A DNA stretch of 64,000 nucleotides. Source: Octopus bimaculoides. Lineage: Eukaryota. Numbering within the stretch: the first letter of the stretch is position 1; each line of letters starts with the position of its first letter. The translations under genes and the position numbers were made by a program. The stretch covers positions 62,178,770 to 62,242,769 of the forward strand of contig NC_068987.1 of assembly GCF_001194135.2 (NCBI RefSeq), given 5' to 3'. This document shows positions 38,560-50,767 of this stretch, piece by piece. The notes under the pieces were generated by a model that searched no databases, was not told where the DNA came from, and saw only the letters and a program-made list of their open reading frames with translations.

Positions 38560-39600
38560 GTGACAAAAGTATGGTTTTTGATAATTAAGGGATGTCTTAT
38601 CTTACTGAATAAGTTTTGAAAAAGTGTTGCTACACATTTAGTGTTGCAACAATTGTTGATAAATTTCCAGATATACCAGTTCAACATGGCAATACTGTTT
38701 GTGAATACTGTTTACTGATAAATTCTGTGAAACAGGTCCATTGAAAGACACAGAATATTGTGGAAGACCATTGAAGTTTACTGAAGACATATGATTGGAT
38801 ATTTCTGCCTGTATGCTGCGTAGTCCATCAAAATTATTAAACAAAGTTAGCGCAGCAGCAAGATATTGGACTTACAACTGCTCATAAGGCCATCAGAACA
38901 GAGTAAAACTCTTCCTATATAAGATAATTTCAGTACAAGAACTGAAAGCAACTGATCACAGAGAGCATATGTTTTATTGCAGATGGCTAAAACTGACTTG
39001 TTGAAGAGGAAACTGCTCGTGTTATCGATGTCACCTTCTTTAAAGGATGCAGTATGTCACCATTTCTTGGGTTATGGTAATTCACAAAATACAGGGTTGA
39101 GGTTGTCCAGTAATCCTTGCAGATTTTATGAAATACTTCCACCTGATCTGAAAGTTGGAGTCTGGGTTGCAATATTCAGGGGTTGCATTAGTGATCCTAT
39201 TTTCTTTACAGAGGCAATAAACAGTGAGTGCTATTATTTTCAGATTCTTCTCAACTTCACCGTAATACATGACTCGAGAAGAAATCAATTACTCATGGTT
39301 TTGATAAGATGGTGCTACCACCCACTCTTTGAATTGAAATCTTTGGGGACTGCATTATTTCAAAAGACTTGCAGCATACTCCACTTTCATTCCCAGGATC
39401 TTAATCCACCTATCTTTTATTTATGAGGAGCGGCAAAGTATGCTGTGGACTGCAAGTGTTTATACATGCCTAATGACTTGAAAAGGCAATAACCTCTTAT
39501 ATAGGGTCCATTTCAAATGAAGAACTAATAGTGGTGTTTAGAAATAAAATGAGTCCAGGCCTTAATTGATGCTAAAGGACATCACTTTCAGCACCTTGTT
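38560..39600 (+). mobile_element. Degenerate Tc1/mariner (maT-like) transposase
   Basis: Across frameshifts: DKFPD...KFCETG...GRP, KVGVWVAI...PIFF, xDGATTH, SQDLNPPIFYL, ...GHHFQHL. Confidence 0.7.
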
Positions 39601-39678
39601 TTGTTCATAATTTCTATCTGTATCCCATATTGTAACATGTTTGCTAAGAAAGAATATGACAACATTGTGACCAACACC

Positions 39679-39709
<31 letters not shown>

Positions 39710-40389
39710 GAAATATATGTAATTAGTGATGCCCAGAGTATACAGCTTACATGTTTAGAGTATAATCACTTATCAACAGAGTTTGGTAAATTAATTGTCA
39801 AAACAAGTCAGAAATATCAAGAGAAATAAGAACATGGTGATTTCTAATTAATTTGAAGTAATCTGGAATTATGCTACTGGAAAATGATGGTGACATATGT
39901 AATAGAACCCAACACTGTAAGTGAAGGCTTTCTTATCAATTTGATAGTAATTAACTACAGAGATATATTTTGGATCTAGTAGTAAGATTTAGTGTAGCTA
40001 GTACTGTAGGATGGCACTTTGTCTTTGGTGAATCAAATCTATCATTTGAAACTACTTCCACTTATATTGTTATTGGCCTTAGAATATTGTGACTTTCAAT
40101 TATTTTTCTAATGTCTTGCCTATGTAAAAAATTATATTATTACAGTTGTTTTTATTAATGGTTTATTCTTTCAGAAAACTGTATGAGTGTTATTAGTCAC
40201 AGTCACTACAATTGCAGATGAAACATCTAATGGTTACTAATTCATATCAACAGACTAGCTTGGCAAAAGATATCAGTAAATGTATGGTCTAAACCAAGAA
40301 TTGTATAACATCATCATCATGCACTGGATATATTAACACAGATCCTTAGAGTGACTTTGCAAGCTGAAGAGACTTTCTTTTATGCAACG

Positions 40390-43300
40390 TTATGTGTCTT
40401 TTTCTGCCACATCAGCAATAGTAGACTGAGGGGTATCTGTACTGCCTTCATTACATTCTTCTAAGCCTGTATTTCCATCAGTTGCTATTGTATTGCCAGC
40501 TGTGTCATCCTGCGATCCATCTTGGCATTCCTCTTTGGAAACTGCATAATATGAAGCTAACATTTTAGCATAACCTGTATCATCTTTATTAAGTTCAAAA
40601 TCTAAGGATAAAGATTTACTATCAAACCAACAATCTTCACTGTCAGAACTGGATTTAGTTGGTGAATAGTAAGATGCTGAACTTATTTCACTATTGTCTG
40701 TAAATTCTATATTTCCACCAGTTTCAGCATTGTTAGTGGGTGATGTTTGTTCATCTTGGCATATGCTTGCTGATATTTCAGATTCTACCTGTTCTGGAGT
40801 CTCACAAGTCATTGGCTGGTTTTCAGAACAGCTTTCATTTCCTAGAGGCATGTCAACCACTGTATCACTAGATCTATCACTTTGTTGATTGCTGTCATTA
40901 TCAAAATTTTCTCCCAGAGTAATATGTTGGTCTGTTTGAGACAGATTATCATCGCAACAGTCTTTTCCACTTGAGTTGTGTTCTTCAGAACAATTGCTTT
41001 GCTTAGTTAAGTTATCTTCAGTTGCAATCTGGTTTGATTCAGAGATATTATTACTATCTGCACTGAGTGGCTCACAGCTTTCAGTTTCTGTCAGTGGTGA
41101 CTGATCTGATTCAGTAATATTCTGGACAACTTCATTGGTTACTAAAGGTTGATGCATTTGGATTGTATCCTTCGAAGTTTCACTTTTTGTAATTGATTCA
41201 TCTTGAATATTTGATGGCAACTCTTGGTTAAGGTCACTTTCAGTAAATGTACTCTCTTCCCTTGCAGAAATATCCTTTCCATCATTTTCATTTGTAGAGA
41301 TTTCTGACTGTGTATCATGTATGCTTTCCATATCTGTAGTTGTTACATTCTTCTTAGCTGCTTCATTTCTGCAATCTTCATGTGGTGATGAAGGATATTT
41401 TGAAGAAACACAACATACATTGTTATCAATCGGCACACCTTTAACAGTTTCAAGATTAGAGTCAATATTGTCAGAAACGCTAACTATTTTAGCTTTAGGA
41501 TACTTATTCTGTGGAATCAGAAAGAGAAATCCCATGCTGTCAACATCTTCATCAATTCTCTTTACTGGGGAGCTTAATGGAGAAAAGATAACTCGATTTG
41601 CTCGTATTTCTTCTTCCTCTTCCTCAAATGAAGATTCTGTCATTGAATTTGATGGAAAAAAATATTGTGGGTGAGGAGAAGAAGCTCGGGATGAAGATTC
41701 AGGACTATTTTGAGGACAGAGTGGGGACTGTCGGCCAGATAAATTAATTTTTTCTTCAAATTGTTTGGTAATTTTTCTAACAGGAGATTCTTTTGGTTTG
41801 TTCAAGTCCTCCTCGGTTGGTTGATTTAACAAATAGCTGTGATCTGTCAGAAAAGCATCAGCAAAAAGTGCACAATCTTTAATTATATTGGATTCAATCT
41901 CTTGGGAATTCCGTCTTGGTTTTCTTGGACAATCTATGTTATGTAGCTCTTCTTGATTTGTTTTAAACATAGAGTTTGTATCTTCAGTGACCACTTCTTC
42001 CATAACAGTATCTAGTTGATGGGGAATTGGTGTTATCCTCCCCGTTCGCTTAAGAGAATCGGTAAATGCAGCATATTCTCTGAAGGCATTCATTTCTGCT
42101 TCAGTAGCATTATATGGTAATCTGTCCCATCCCTTTTGAGAGAAAGCAGGATTCATTCTACTGTCTCTTTGATTGTCAGGAATATTTTTGGTAGTTTCTG
42201 AACCCTTTTCTGCAAGAAACGTTCTGATCTCACTGCTAATTGAGCCTACAAATACATTCTCTCTTTCATTGTCTTCATCTTTGACAGCAGGTGCAATATT
42301 GTCATGTTGCATGGTGACACTTTCAAATTCAGACTCAGAGTTATGTGTTAACGTTTCTACCTTAAATACTTTTGTTTCTTCATCAACATCGATAGAACAT
42401 TCTTGGAGATTTTTAGTTGGTTTTTCTGACACTTCACTATCTATGGAAGACATCTGTTCTGATTCACTAACAATGGTAACGTTATATTCTTTAAAATATT
42501 CATTTGAACTGTCAGAAACATCACTTTCTTTCGAAGATGTTTCTGTCGAATCTTTGACATTTGAAGGGCTACATTCTTCTTCAAGGTTTTCAACCAAAGT
42601 ACTTGGTAGTTCACAGTCTTTAGAAGACATCTGTGTTGATTCAGTAAATATTTTCTCAACATCATGAGGATTCTCTTTTGCAATTCCTTCCAAAATGTTT
42701 TGTAACTCACTATCTTCTGCAGATAATTTTATTGATTCAGTGATTATATCATTAACAAATTTTAGAATCTGATCATCTTGATATTTACAGAGGGAATGAG
42801 GAGAAAGCTCTGGAGATACACCGCTTTGTTTTTCAGGAAGCTTTATTGTAATATCCTTTAGTGTCACAGAACTTAATGAAATATCTGCATCTACATCATC
42901 CAAAACACTTGGAGAAACCTGAGAGCAACGTCTAACCATAGAACGTCCTCTTTCCCTTGGAACAGAAATAAATGTATCATCATCATCACTTATAGAAGGT
43001 GACTGATTATACTTACTTCTAGCAGAATATTTTAAAGGAAATTTTATATTTTCAAAGTCTTCAGAGTCTGTAGATTCTTCAGCACTGCTACTTGGATCAT
43101 ACTCATTATCATCATCACTGAGAATTTTTTCTCTCATGTTATTCTTTTCTAACATATTAGGTAAGACACTTGTTTGCAAATGTTCAGACTTGGTATGGTT
43201 TTCTCTATCATCCTCCACTTCACTTTCCAGTTCATTTAGTTTGAATGTCTCGTCTTTTGTAAATTGACTGCTTAAATTTGGGGCACTGTTAGCAAAGTCT

Positions 43301-44398
43301 TTGACAATGGTTTTTGTTTCATTAAGCTCAAAATGTGGGGAGTTTCCAGCACTCTTTGATTTCTTTGTCAGAAAGTTTTGAGCTGTTTCGTCAATGGTGA
43401 TGAAATCTGAATTTGTATTTAGATATTGCTGACTATCACTATTCTCTAATTCACTTAAACTATCCGATTCATAGTTTAGACTTGCTAACATACTTTCATT
43501 TAGAGTAATGTGTGGAATAGAAACACATGAAGAATTTCCAGATACTGAACTTCGTCTATCATTTGAATAATTTGGCATTAATTCCTTTTTATTAGGTCCT
43601 TCTACTATTGAAATAAATGAACCACTAGCATTTGATGAAGTTTTGACAAAGGTTGGAGTAGACTGGGAACTGCTCTTTGCTAAACCAGCTTCAACATCTT
43701 CTATAGAGTTTGCTACATAAATGATATCATTGCCACACATCACAGCACGTAATTGAGGTGTATGTTCTGAAATGTCATCTTTTGGACCATCTGGAACTGG
43801 GCATTGTGGTCCAATAGTAGGTGTACTCATGAAGTTTTTGCAGTCATTCTCATTTTCTTCTTCGGGTATATTTTCAAGATTATTTTTTACATCATAATGT
43901 GATACATATATGTCAGGAATTGAATCCTCATTGCTAATTTTGTTAATTGAGTCCATGTCAACCACTTCATCACAAGAAGATGGTAATTTTAGGTCAGGTA
44001 AAGCAATATCACTAGCAGACATTGGACCTGTAATAGTGGGTTTTGGTTTTTGCGTTGCTTTTGAAGAAATTTCCATTTGCAGAATTTTGGGATCTTCGGT
44101 AATCTGTATTACTGTTTCATTAAGAGTAATTTCAGGTTTTGGTACATGCAATGGAGTTGGGCTACCATCTCGATCAAAATCAACAGCAAAGTGGTCAGGA
44201 ACTGGATTACTTTTGCTAATCATACCAAAGGTTGTAATAGTGTTTTGGGGCCCAGTGATGCAAGAAATTCCCATTTCATTACTAAGCGAAGGGCTACTAT
44301 TAAACTGGTATGGACTGTTCATGTAATCATCATGCCAGGAAAATGGCATACCAGCATTGTTACCACTCATATCATGACTTCGGCTTGTTGGAAGATCA
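40390..44398 (-). CDS. Giant terminal exon of an uncharacterised acidic, Ser/Thr-rich, probably disordered protein (about 1335 aa; 1326 aa from the first in-exon ATG at 44370)
   Basis: Stop-free for over 4 kb in AT-rich DNA, with no indels or TE insertions. tatttcag acceptor at 44399-44400 coincides with the compositional switch. TAA at 40390-40392. AATAAA on - at 40151-40156 and 40162-40167. No transposase, RT or folded-domain motif recognised. Confidence 0.88.
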
Positions 44399-45766
44399 CT
44401 GAAATACATACGTAAAGATGATTTTGTAAAAGTGGCTGGTAGATTGTGCCATGTTGTCATAGATATGTGTAAATAAAAAATAGGCAACAATGCATTGTGT
44501 ACTCTATAAAACACTGTCTTAAAGAGGATAAAGCATTGAGTAGGGAGAATTTCAGAAAGTGCAAACTAAATATGCAGTCTTTAAAAACAAGTGCAGGTTT
44601 GTCAAGAGTTAATATCCCGCCAAAAAAGGCGTTATGCAGAAGATGTCCATTACAAGGACATCAAGTTACAATGCGGAGGATGACAGGGAATCCCAATAAG
44701 TGACTACTGAAGTGTGACATCTAATTTCAGCTGTACATCATATGGTGAGTAATCACTGTATGCCATGAAATACATTTACAGTCAGTTGTGCTTTAAAAGT
44801 ATGGACAGATTTGGCAGCCATTTAGGTGTAGAATATGTTTAGACAGTTGTGCATCAAAAGGACAAATAGAGCAGACGACCACTGAAGTGTTACATTAAGT
44901 ATATCTATTGTCAATCATGCAACATGAGGGCAGGTAGTTCAGGTAGCCAATGATGTGAAACAAACTATATCTGTTGTCAGTTGTAGATGGGAAAAAGTAG
45001 ATAGCTGATGTGACAAATGAGGTATGATTAAGGCATATTCAGCATCAGTTGTGCATCTATAGGATAAATAACTTGAGCAAGTGTTGAGGTGTGATGTAGA
45101 GTGTATTTACTGCTCTGTACATCTCAAGGTCAGGTAGATTAGAAAACATAGCTTATCAGGTGTTTATGAAAATTAAGCTCTGGTTGCAAAAAGAAACATC
45201 ATGAGGTATATCAAATGCATTGATTGTCTTTGAGGTAGATAAAAAACATGAAAATTTGTTTCTGTGAGATCAGCAAAAAGTATATCAAAACTCCAGCAAG
45301 AGTAGGATAATCTTTGGTAACATAATAATGTAGCTCTTACATTCACTTTAATTTAGCTGTGTATATAATTCTGAACCAAGATTTTCATTTCTATAGTAAT
45401 AGTTCCACAGTACCACTGTTACTTAGGCATTCATGACAAAAAAGAACTGGTGATATAGATGAATGGATAACACAATGATGTACCTGCTCATAAGTTGTGA
45501 GTTCAAATCGACTTGAGTCATTTTGTTGTTTCTAGGCATAATTCTTTATACTATACTTCTGCTTACCTACCTATTGGTAATAAGCATGTGAACGTCTGCA
45601 AGGGCTACAGTATTCTATCCACTGGTGAGAGTAACCTCTGGTTTGTTTCCTGCTTTGAAACTGGAGCAAAGAACCAATCCTTAAAATTCCTGAAAGGTTT
45701 TGGAAACATTTACATGTTTCTTTCATGATTGCAATACTAAGTGTTGAGCTGTATGAATGTAGTTAC

Positions 45767-45887
45767 CAAAAAGTAATGAAATGATGGAAACTAAAAGAAA
45801 TTTGACTTCCTGTGTTATTTGCTGGTGGTGGTATCTTTTCCTGTTGTCGAAGGTCATTCAGTAAAAGATCTATGTAGCTCTGTCTGC
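45767..45887 (-). CDS. Putative upstream exon B of the giant-exon gene (121 nt, phase 1-2)
   Basis: ttcttcaacttccatacag acceptor and GTAACT donor; encodes (G)RQSYIDLLLNDLRQQEKIPPPANNTGSQISFSFHHFITF(C); in frame with the giant exon. The 3' third is T-rich and could be intronic. Confidence 0.3.
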
Positions 45888-46227
45888 CTGTATGGAAGTT
45901 GAAGAATTTGGTTGGATTTTTAAAGGATTAAATCTGAAACACTCATTATGTTATTTTATTTACAAGTATTCTACTTTACAATACATATGCATGCACACAT
46001 ACACACACACACACGTACACATATGCACCTGCATGTACAGGCATTGCTATTGGGTTAAGAAGTCTGCTTTGTAACCATATAGTGTCATGTTTAGTTCCAC
46101 TATATGGTACCTTAGGCAGGTGTCATCTACTATGGCTTAGGGTTGACCAATGCCTCATGAATAAAAATTAGCTGGATAGAAACTGTGGAAGCATGTTGTC
46201 CATATATATATATATATATATATATAT

Positions 46228-46428
46228 TGCGTACGAACAACCATGCTACATGGCAGTGAAACATGGGCTGTAACTGCTGAGGACATACGTAAGCTCGCAA
46301 GGAATGAAGCCAGTATGCTCCGTTGGATGTGTAATGTCAATGTGAATACCCGTCAGAGTGTAAGTATCTTGAGAGAAAAGCTGAACATTAGAAGCATCAG
46401 TTGTGGCGTGCAAGAGAGACGATTGCGC
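46228..46428 (+). mobile_element. 5'-truncated, apparently young RTE LINE fragment inside a (TA)n tract, continuing into an N gap
   Basis: Uninterrupted MLHGSETWAVTAEDIRKLARNEASMLRWMCNVNVNTRQSVSILREKLNIRSISCGVQERRLR; (TA)n on both sides. Confidence 0.85.
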
Positions 46429-46655
46429 NNNNNNNNNNNNNNNNNNNNNNNNNNNNNNNNNNNNNNNNNNNNNNNNNNNNNNNNNNNNNNNNNNNNNNNN
46501 NNNNNNNNNNNNNNNNNNNNNNNNNNNNNNNNNNNNNNNNNNNNNNNNNNNNNNNNNNNNNNNNNNNNNNNNNNNNNNNNNNNNNNNNNNNNNNNNNNNN
46601 NNNNNNNNNNNNNNNNNNNNNNNNNNNNNNNNNNNNNNNNNNNNNNNNNNNNNNN
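46429..46655. other. Assembly gap (N run)
   Basis: Other gaps: 5930-5939, 9045-9054, 12971-13064, 27759-27768. Confidence 1.
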
Positions 46656-46694
<39 letters not shown>

Positions 46695-48542
46695 GAGGGC
46701 TTCCATGCAGTTTCACAGACACACACGTGTGTGTGTCTGTGCGTGTGCTTGTGTAGGTCTTTATAATGCCACCATTCCACTGACAGTGATAATGTTTATG
46801 TCCCACACAAGCAAAAATTCTGGCACTTCATGTGAGGTCATGAAATAAAGTACTTTAGTTGAAAACAAGCAAAAGTCAGTGTCTGGAAGAGCATGTAGCT
46901 GTACAAATCCACAAGCAACAAATCTTGTCTAACCCATGCCAGCATAGAAAAGCAGTGGATATATAAAGAATATTGATGATGACAATGATATACCACAAAT
47001 CTGTGCACTCATACATATACATACTCGCAGGTGTACAACTGAAACAAAATATAATATAATAATAATATAACAATAATCCTTTCTACTAAAAGCACAGGAC
47101 CTGAAATTTGAGGAGAGGACTAGTCAAACCCCAGTGTTTCACTGGTACCTAATTTATCAACCCCAAAAGGATGAAAGGCAAAATCGACCATGGTGGAATT
47201 TGAACTCAGAACATAAAGATGGATGAAATGTTGCAAAGCATTTTGCCTGACATGCTAACGATTCTGCCAGCTTGCCACCTTAACAACAACAACCCTTTCT
47301 ACTATAGGCACAAGGTCTGAAATTTTTTAGGGTATGTAGGGGCTAGTCGATTAAATTGATTCTTGGGCTCAATTGGTACTTATTTTTATCAATCTGAAAG
47401 GATGAAAGGCAAAGTCAACTTTAGTGGAATTTGAACTCAGATCATAAATATGGTTAGAATACCACTAAGCATTTTGTCTGGTATACTAACGATTCTACCA
47501 GGAAGTTGGTCAATACTGTTGACACCAATAGTGTATTGGTACTTCACTTTACTGAGTCTGGAAAGATGAAAAGCAAAGCTGATCCTGACAGGATTTGAAC
47601 TCAGAATGTAAAGAGATGGAACATCTTTTAATGCTTTAATACTTCTGCTAATCTAGATACAATTCTGAATTGCAACAATTAATGATAGCAAGGTCTTTGA
47701 CAAGAATGCCTTGAATAATCACATTTGCTGTCAATATTAGCCAAAAAATATCAAGACGGACAAATTTTTCTATGGATCTAAATTTCTTAAAGCCTGTGTT
47801 GTACATTTTTAATATTATGTGATATTGAAAAGATATTAATTGATTGCTGTTTAAGTTACAATAGTAAAGGACTATGCATTGTTAAAAATAGTATAGCTGT
47901 GTGGTTTAAGTTAATTCCTCACCATGTGGCTTTCGATTCTGTCCCACTGCATGTCTATATGTCTAAACTCGGCTTGCGAAGACCTGTTGGGGCAAGTGAA
48001 ATTGAAATCATGATTGAACCAAATTCAATGACTGGCACCGGTGCCAGTGGAGTCCTAAGAGCACCATCCAAGCATAATCATTGCCAGAGTAGCTGTCTGG
48101 CTTCCGTGCCAGTGGCACGTAAATAGCACCATTTGAGCGTGATCATTACCAGCGTTGACTTACTGGCACAGGAGCCAGTCCACTCGCCAATTAATACAAG
48201 AAATCATCATATAGATATTATCATTGCTACGATTTTTCAAGATTGTTTGCAATCATTTTACTCTAATTTGTTTGTTTAAACATTGCATGACACACAATTG
48301 CAAATAATAATCTACGGAAAATTCTTATTTCTTATTAAATAGTGTAGCTCATTAGATCAGCCGAAGGTCTTAAAGCCATTCACCATATTTGAGAGGATTA
48401 AGAAAAAAAATGTAAATAAAAGAAGAGAAAAAAGAACAAAGTACTCTAAAGATAATTATGAAATAGATTAGTTCTGAAGTACTTGATATAACGACATTTC
48501 TATTTAGAAAGCCTGTGTTGATTAAATCTGGGATAATCTTAC

Positions 48543-48561
48543 CAGAAAAATTATTACTCAT
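48543..48561 (-). CDS. Putative first coding exon A of the giant-exon gene (19 nt)
   Basis: CAAAATG start context; encodes MSNNFS + G; GTAAGA donor in phase 1, compatible with exon B. Speculative. Confidence 0.2.
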
Positions 48562-50584
48562 TTTGTTTTGATATTATTCACACAACAACATACAACAGTC
48601 TAATGCTATTTTATAACATATTCTTATAATCTCTTTACTCTGGATTAGCTACAGTAGTGTTTAGGCATGTGTTAATGTTACACTCCCCTTTTCCCTGCTA
48701 CCATTCACTTCAAGTATCACCAAAGGATGTTCTGTTATAGTTTCATTCACATCTACAGTGCTTTATTAGAATTGACTCAGATTGCTACTTTATTTTATCA
48801 ACCCAGGAAGGATAAATGGCAAAGTTTAGCCACTGGCCTCAGCAAGATTTGAATGCTGCCATTTTCTCTCCTCAGCCCTCTTTCACTTTGCTGTCAATCC
48901 TCTGTTGATTTTAAACACTCCAATGTTTTACTTATGCAACTCTGCATATTTTGATAACACTGTACTTTCCACTGCTAATGTCAGCATATAAGCCATGTGA
49001 CCACTTGTTTCATTAAAAAAAGATCTTTCTTTCATATAAAAAAAGATCTTCCTTTGATATCATTTCATTTTGATAGGACTCACACAAACTGACCATAGTT
49101 TTCCTCTTTGCAGGATATAATGATAAGAAACAAATCAAGACCCTGTATCAACAGTATGAAGGATATTAACAAGATTATTAACATGTAAAAAAAAAAGTAA
49201 ATTGTATTTAAAAACCAAATATATTGATACCAAAATACCTTTGATGATAATGATTTCATCAAAAAGAGAAATTTTACAGAAATAAGAGTATATTAAATCA
49301 TTTGTAGTAAATTGTGTGACAGTGGAGGTATTTATGTTAATAGCTCTAGCTGCAGTGACATATTTTCAATAATACTTAAAATGGATAGTGGTGCAGAGCA
49401 GCTAAATAAATACATAAGAGTATTTAGTTTTCTCGCTCTCTGTTTCAAGTTTAAATCTCGACAGAGTCAGCTTTGTCTTTTAACTTACTGGTGTTGAGTA
49501 TACTTTTCTTCTGTTTGGGTTCAATAAAATAATTCAATTGATTATACAGCTTCCTCAGTAAAATTTACCTCACGCTTACATAAGAAATCAATAATAATAG
49601 CAGAAAATAAAAGAGTCAGCAAAAATGGCAGAGTTTCAGATTTGATAGTCTTAATAAATTTAGTTCTCTCTCTCTCTAAACAACCCCAGTTCAAATTTCA
49701 AAAGCTTCAACATTGCATTTCATCCTTCTAGAGACTATAAAATAAGTAATATATTAACTGTACCAGCTGTATGAAAATTTCTTTTGTTCTCACATGAGAA
49801 AAGGGTATTTGTAACAGGAAATAACTGTTAACAAAACATGTAGAATGTATTCATGTTAACTTCTTATTTCCTTTTAGAAAGTCACATGTAATTATTCCTA
49901 AATGAGATACTTAATCTCAGTAAATAAGGCCTATCTTTTTAAATTATTATACTAAAGTGCATTTAGAATGATTTTCATTTTTCTGAAAAGCTAATTCACT
50001 ACTGCTTCAATATATTTTCCCCATGTTCTTATAAAATTTTAGATTCTGGACTTTATTAATCAACTGGCAGTTTAGAATTTAATATTGTTTTATATGATGG
50101 CCATGCAATAGAAAGCAAGGATCAGTGAGATTTTCAATTACTATTATTACTGTTGACATATAGTCAAAGAATGAGTCTTGTAGTTTTGTTAGTAGCTCAT
50201 GTTTGACTACAATACCTGTTTATTGCCTCTAAGCTACTTCTAACTTCAGTTAGGTATCTTTTTCACCTTGTCAGAATAGGAAGGAAATATTAAAAGCAAT
50301 GTTTTTTGCTTTGGTCAAACTGCAAGTGTGATGAGAAAATGTTAAATAGCATCTGGCATAGTGCTTTGCATTTACAGACATATTTTGCTTATTTCCTTTC
50401 AGAAAGTACCATTCTTGTATCAAAACAAAGATACAATTATTTTACAACCTTTAACATTTAGGCTTCATTTTAATGTAAAATGTTGTTTCTTATTCAAAAA
50501 TCCTTTTTCCTTCTTGCAAAAGTGGAAAAATAACAGCAGTAACTCACACACACAACTAACATTTAACAAAGTGTTTGTTCAGAC

Positions 50585-50767
50585 TTACTGTGGATCAATA
50601 CCCAAAACTGAACAGGTAGTGTGCCATATAGCTTGTTGAAGCTGCATGGAATTTGACAGTTTACTGGATGTAGCTTTTTCACAATTTTCATAGTAACCAC
50701 CACTTTGCTTCTCGAGGTCTGGAGATAAGGCCACATGTAAAACTGTATCTGCACCCTGTTCAGGTGT
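50585..50767 (-). CDS. DHRSX: DHRSX-like SDR, terminal coding exon (183 nt)
   Basis: tttttcag acceptor; encodes TPEQGADTVLHVALSPDLEKQSGGYYENCEKATSSKLSNSMQLQQAIWHTTCSVLGIDPQ*. Confidence 0.9.
   Translation of the reverse strand, partial: TPEQGADTVLHVALSPDLEKQSGGYYENCEKATSSKLSNSMQLQQAIWHTTCSVLGIDPQ

Noticed and set aside
40694-44415. Several + strand ORFs (e.g. 42173-42667, 41321-41674, 43910-44326)
   Set aside because: Antisense shadows of the Ser/Glu-rich giant exon.
44399-44514. N-terminal 39 aa (MFYRVHNALL...RMYF) of the 1374-aa ORF
   Set aside because: Lies upstream of a good acceptor (tatttcag) and differs in composition from the rest; most likely intron that happens to be open.
49114-49169. 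+ strand acceptor (ttttcctctttgcag) followed by YNDKKQIKTLYQQYEGY*
   Set aside because: No upstream + strand exons or known protein match; probably chance.
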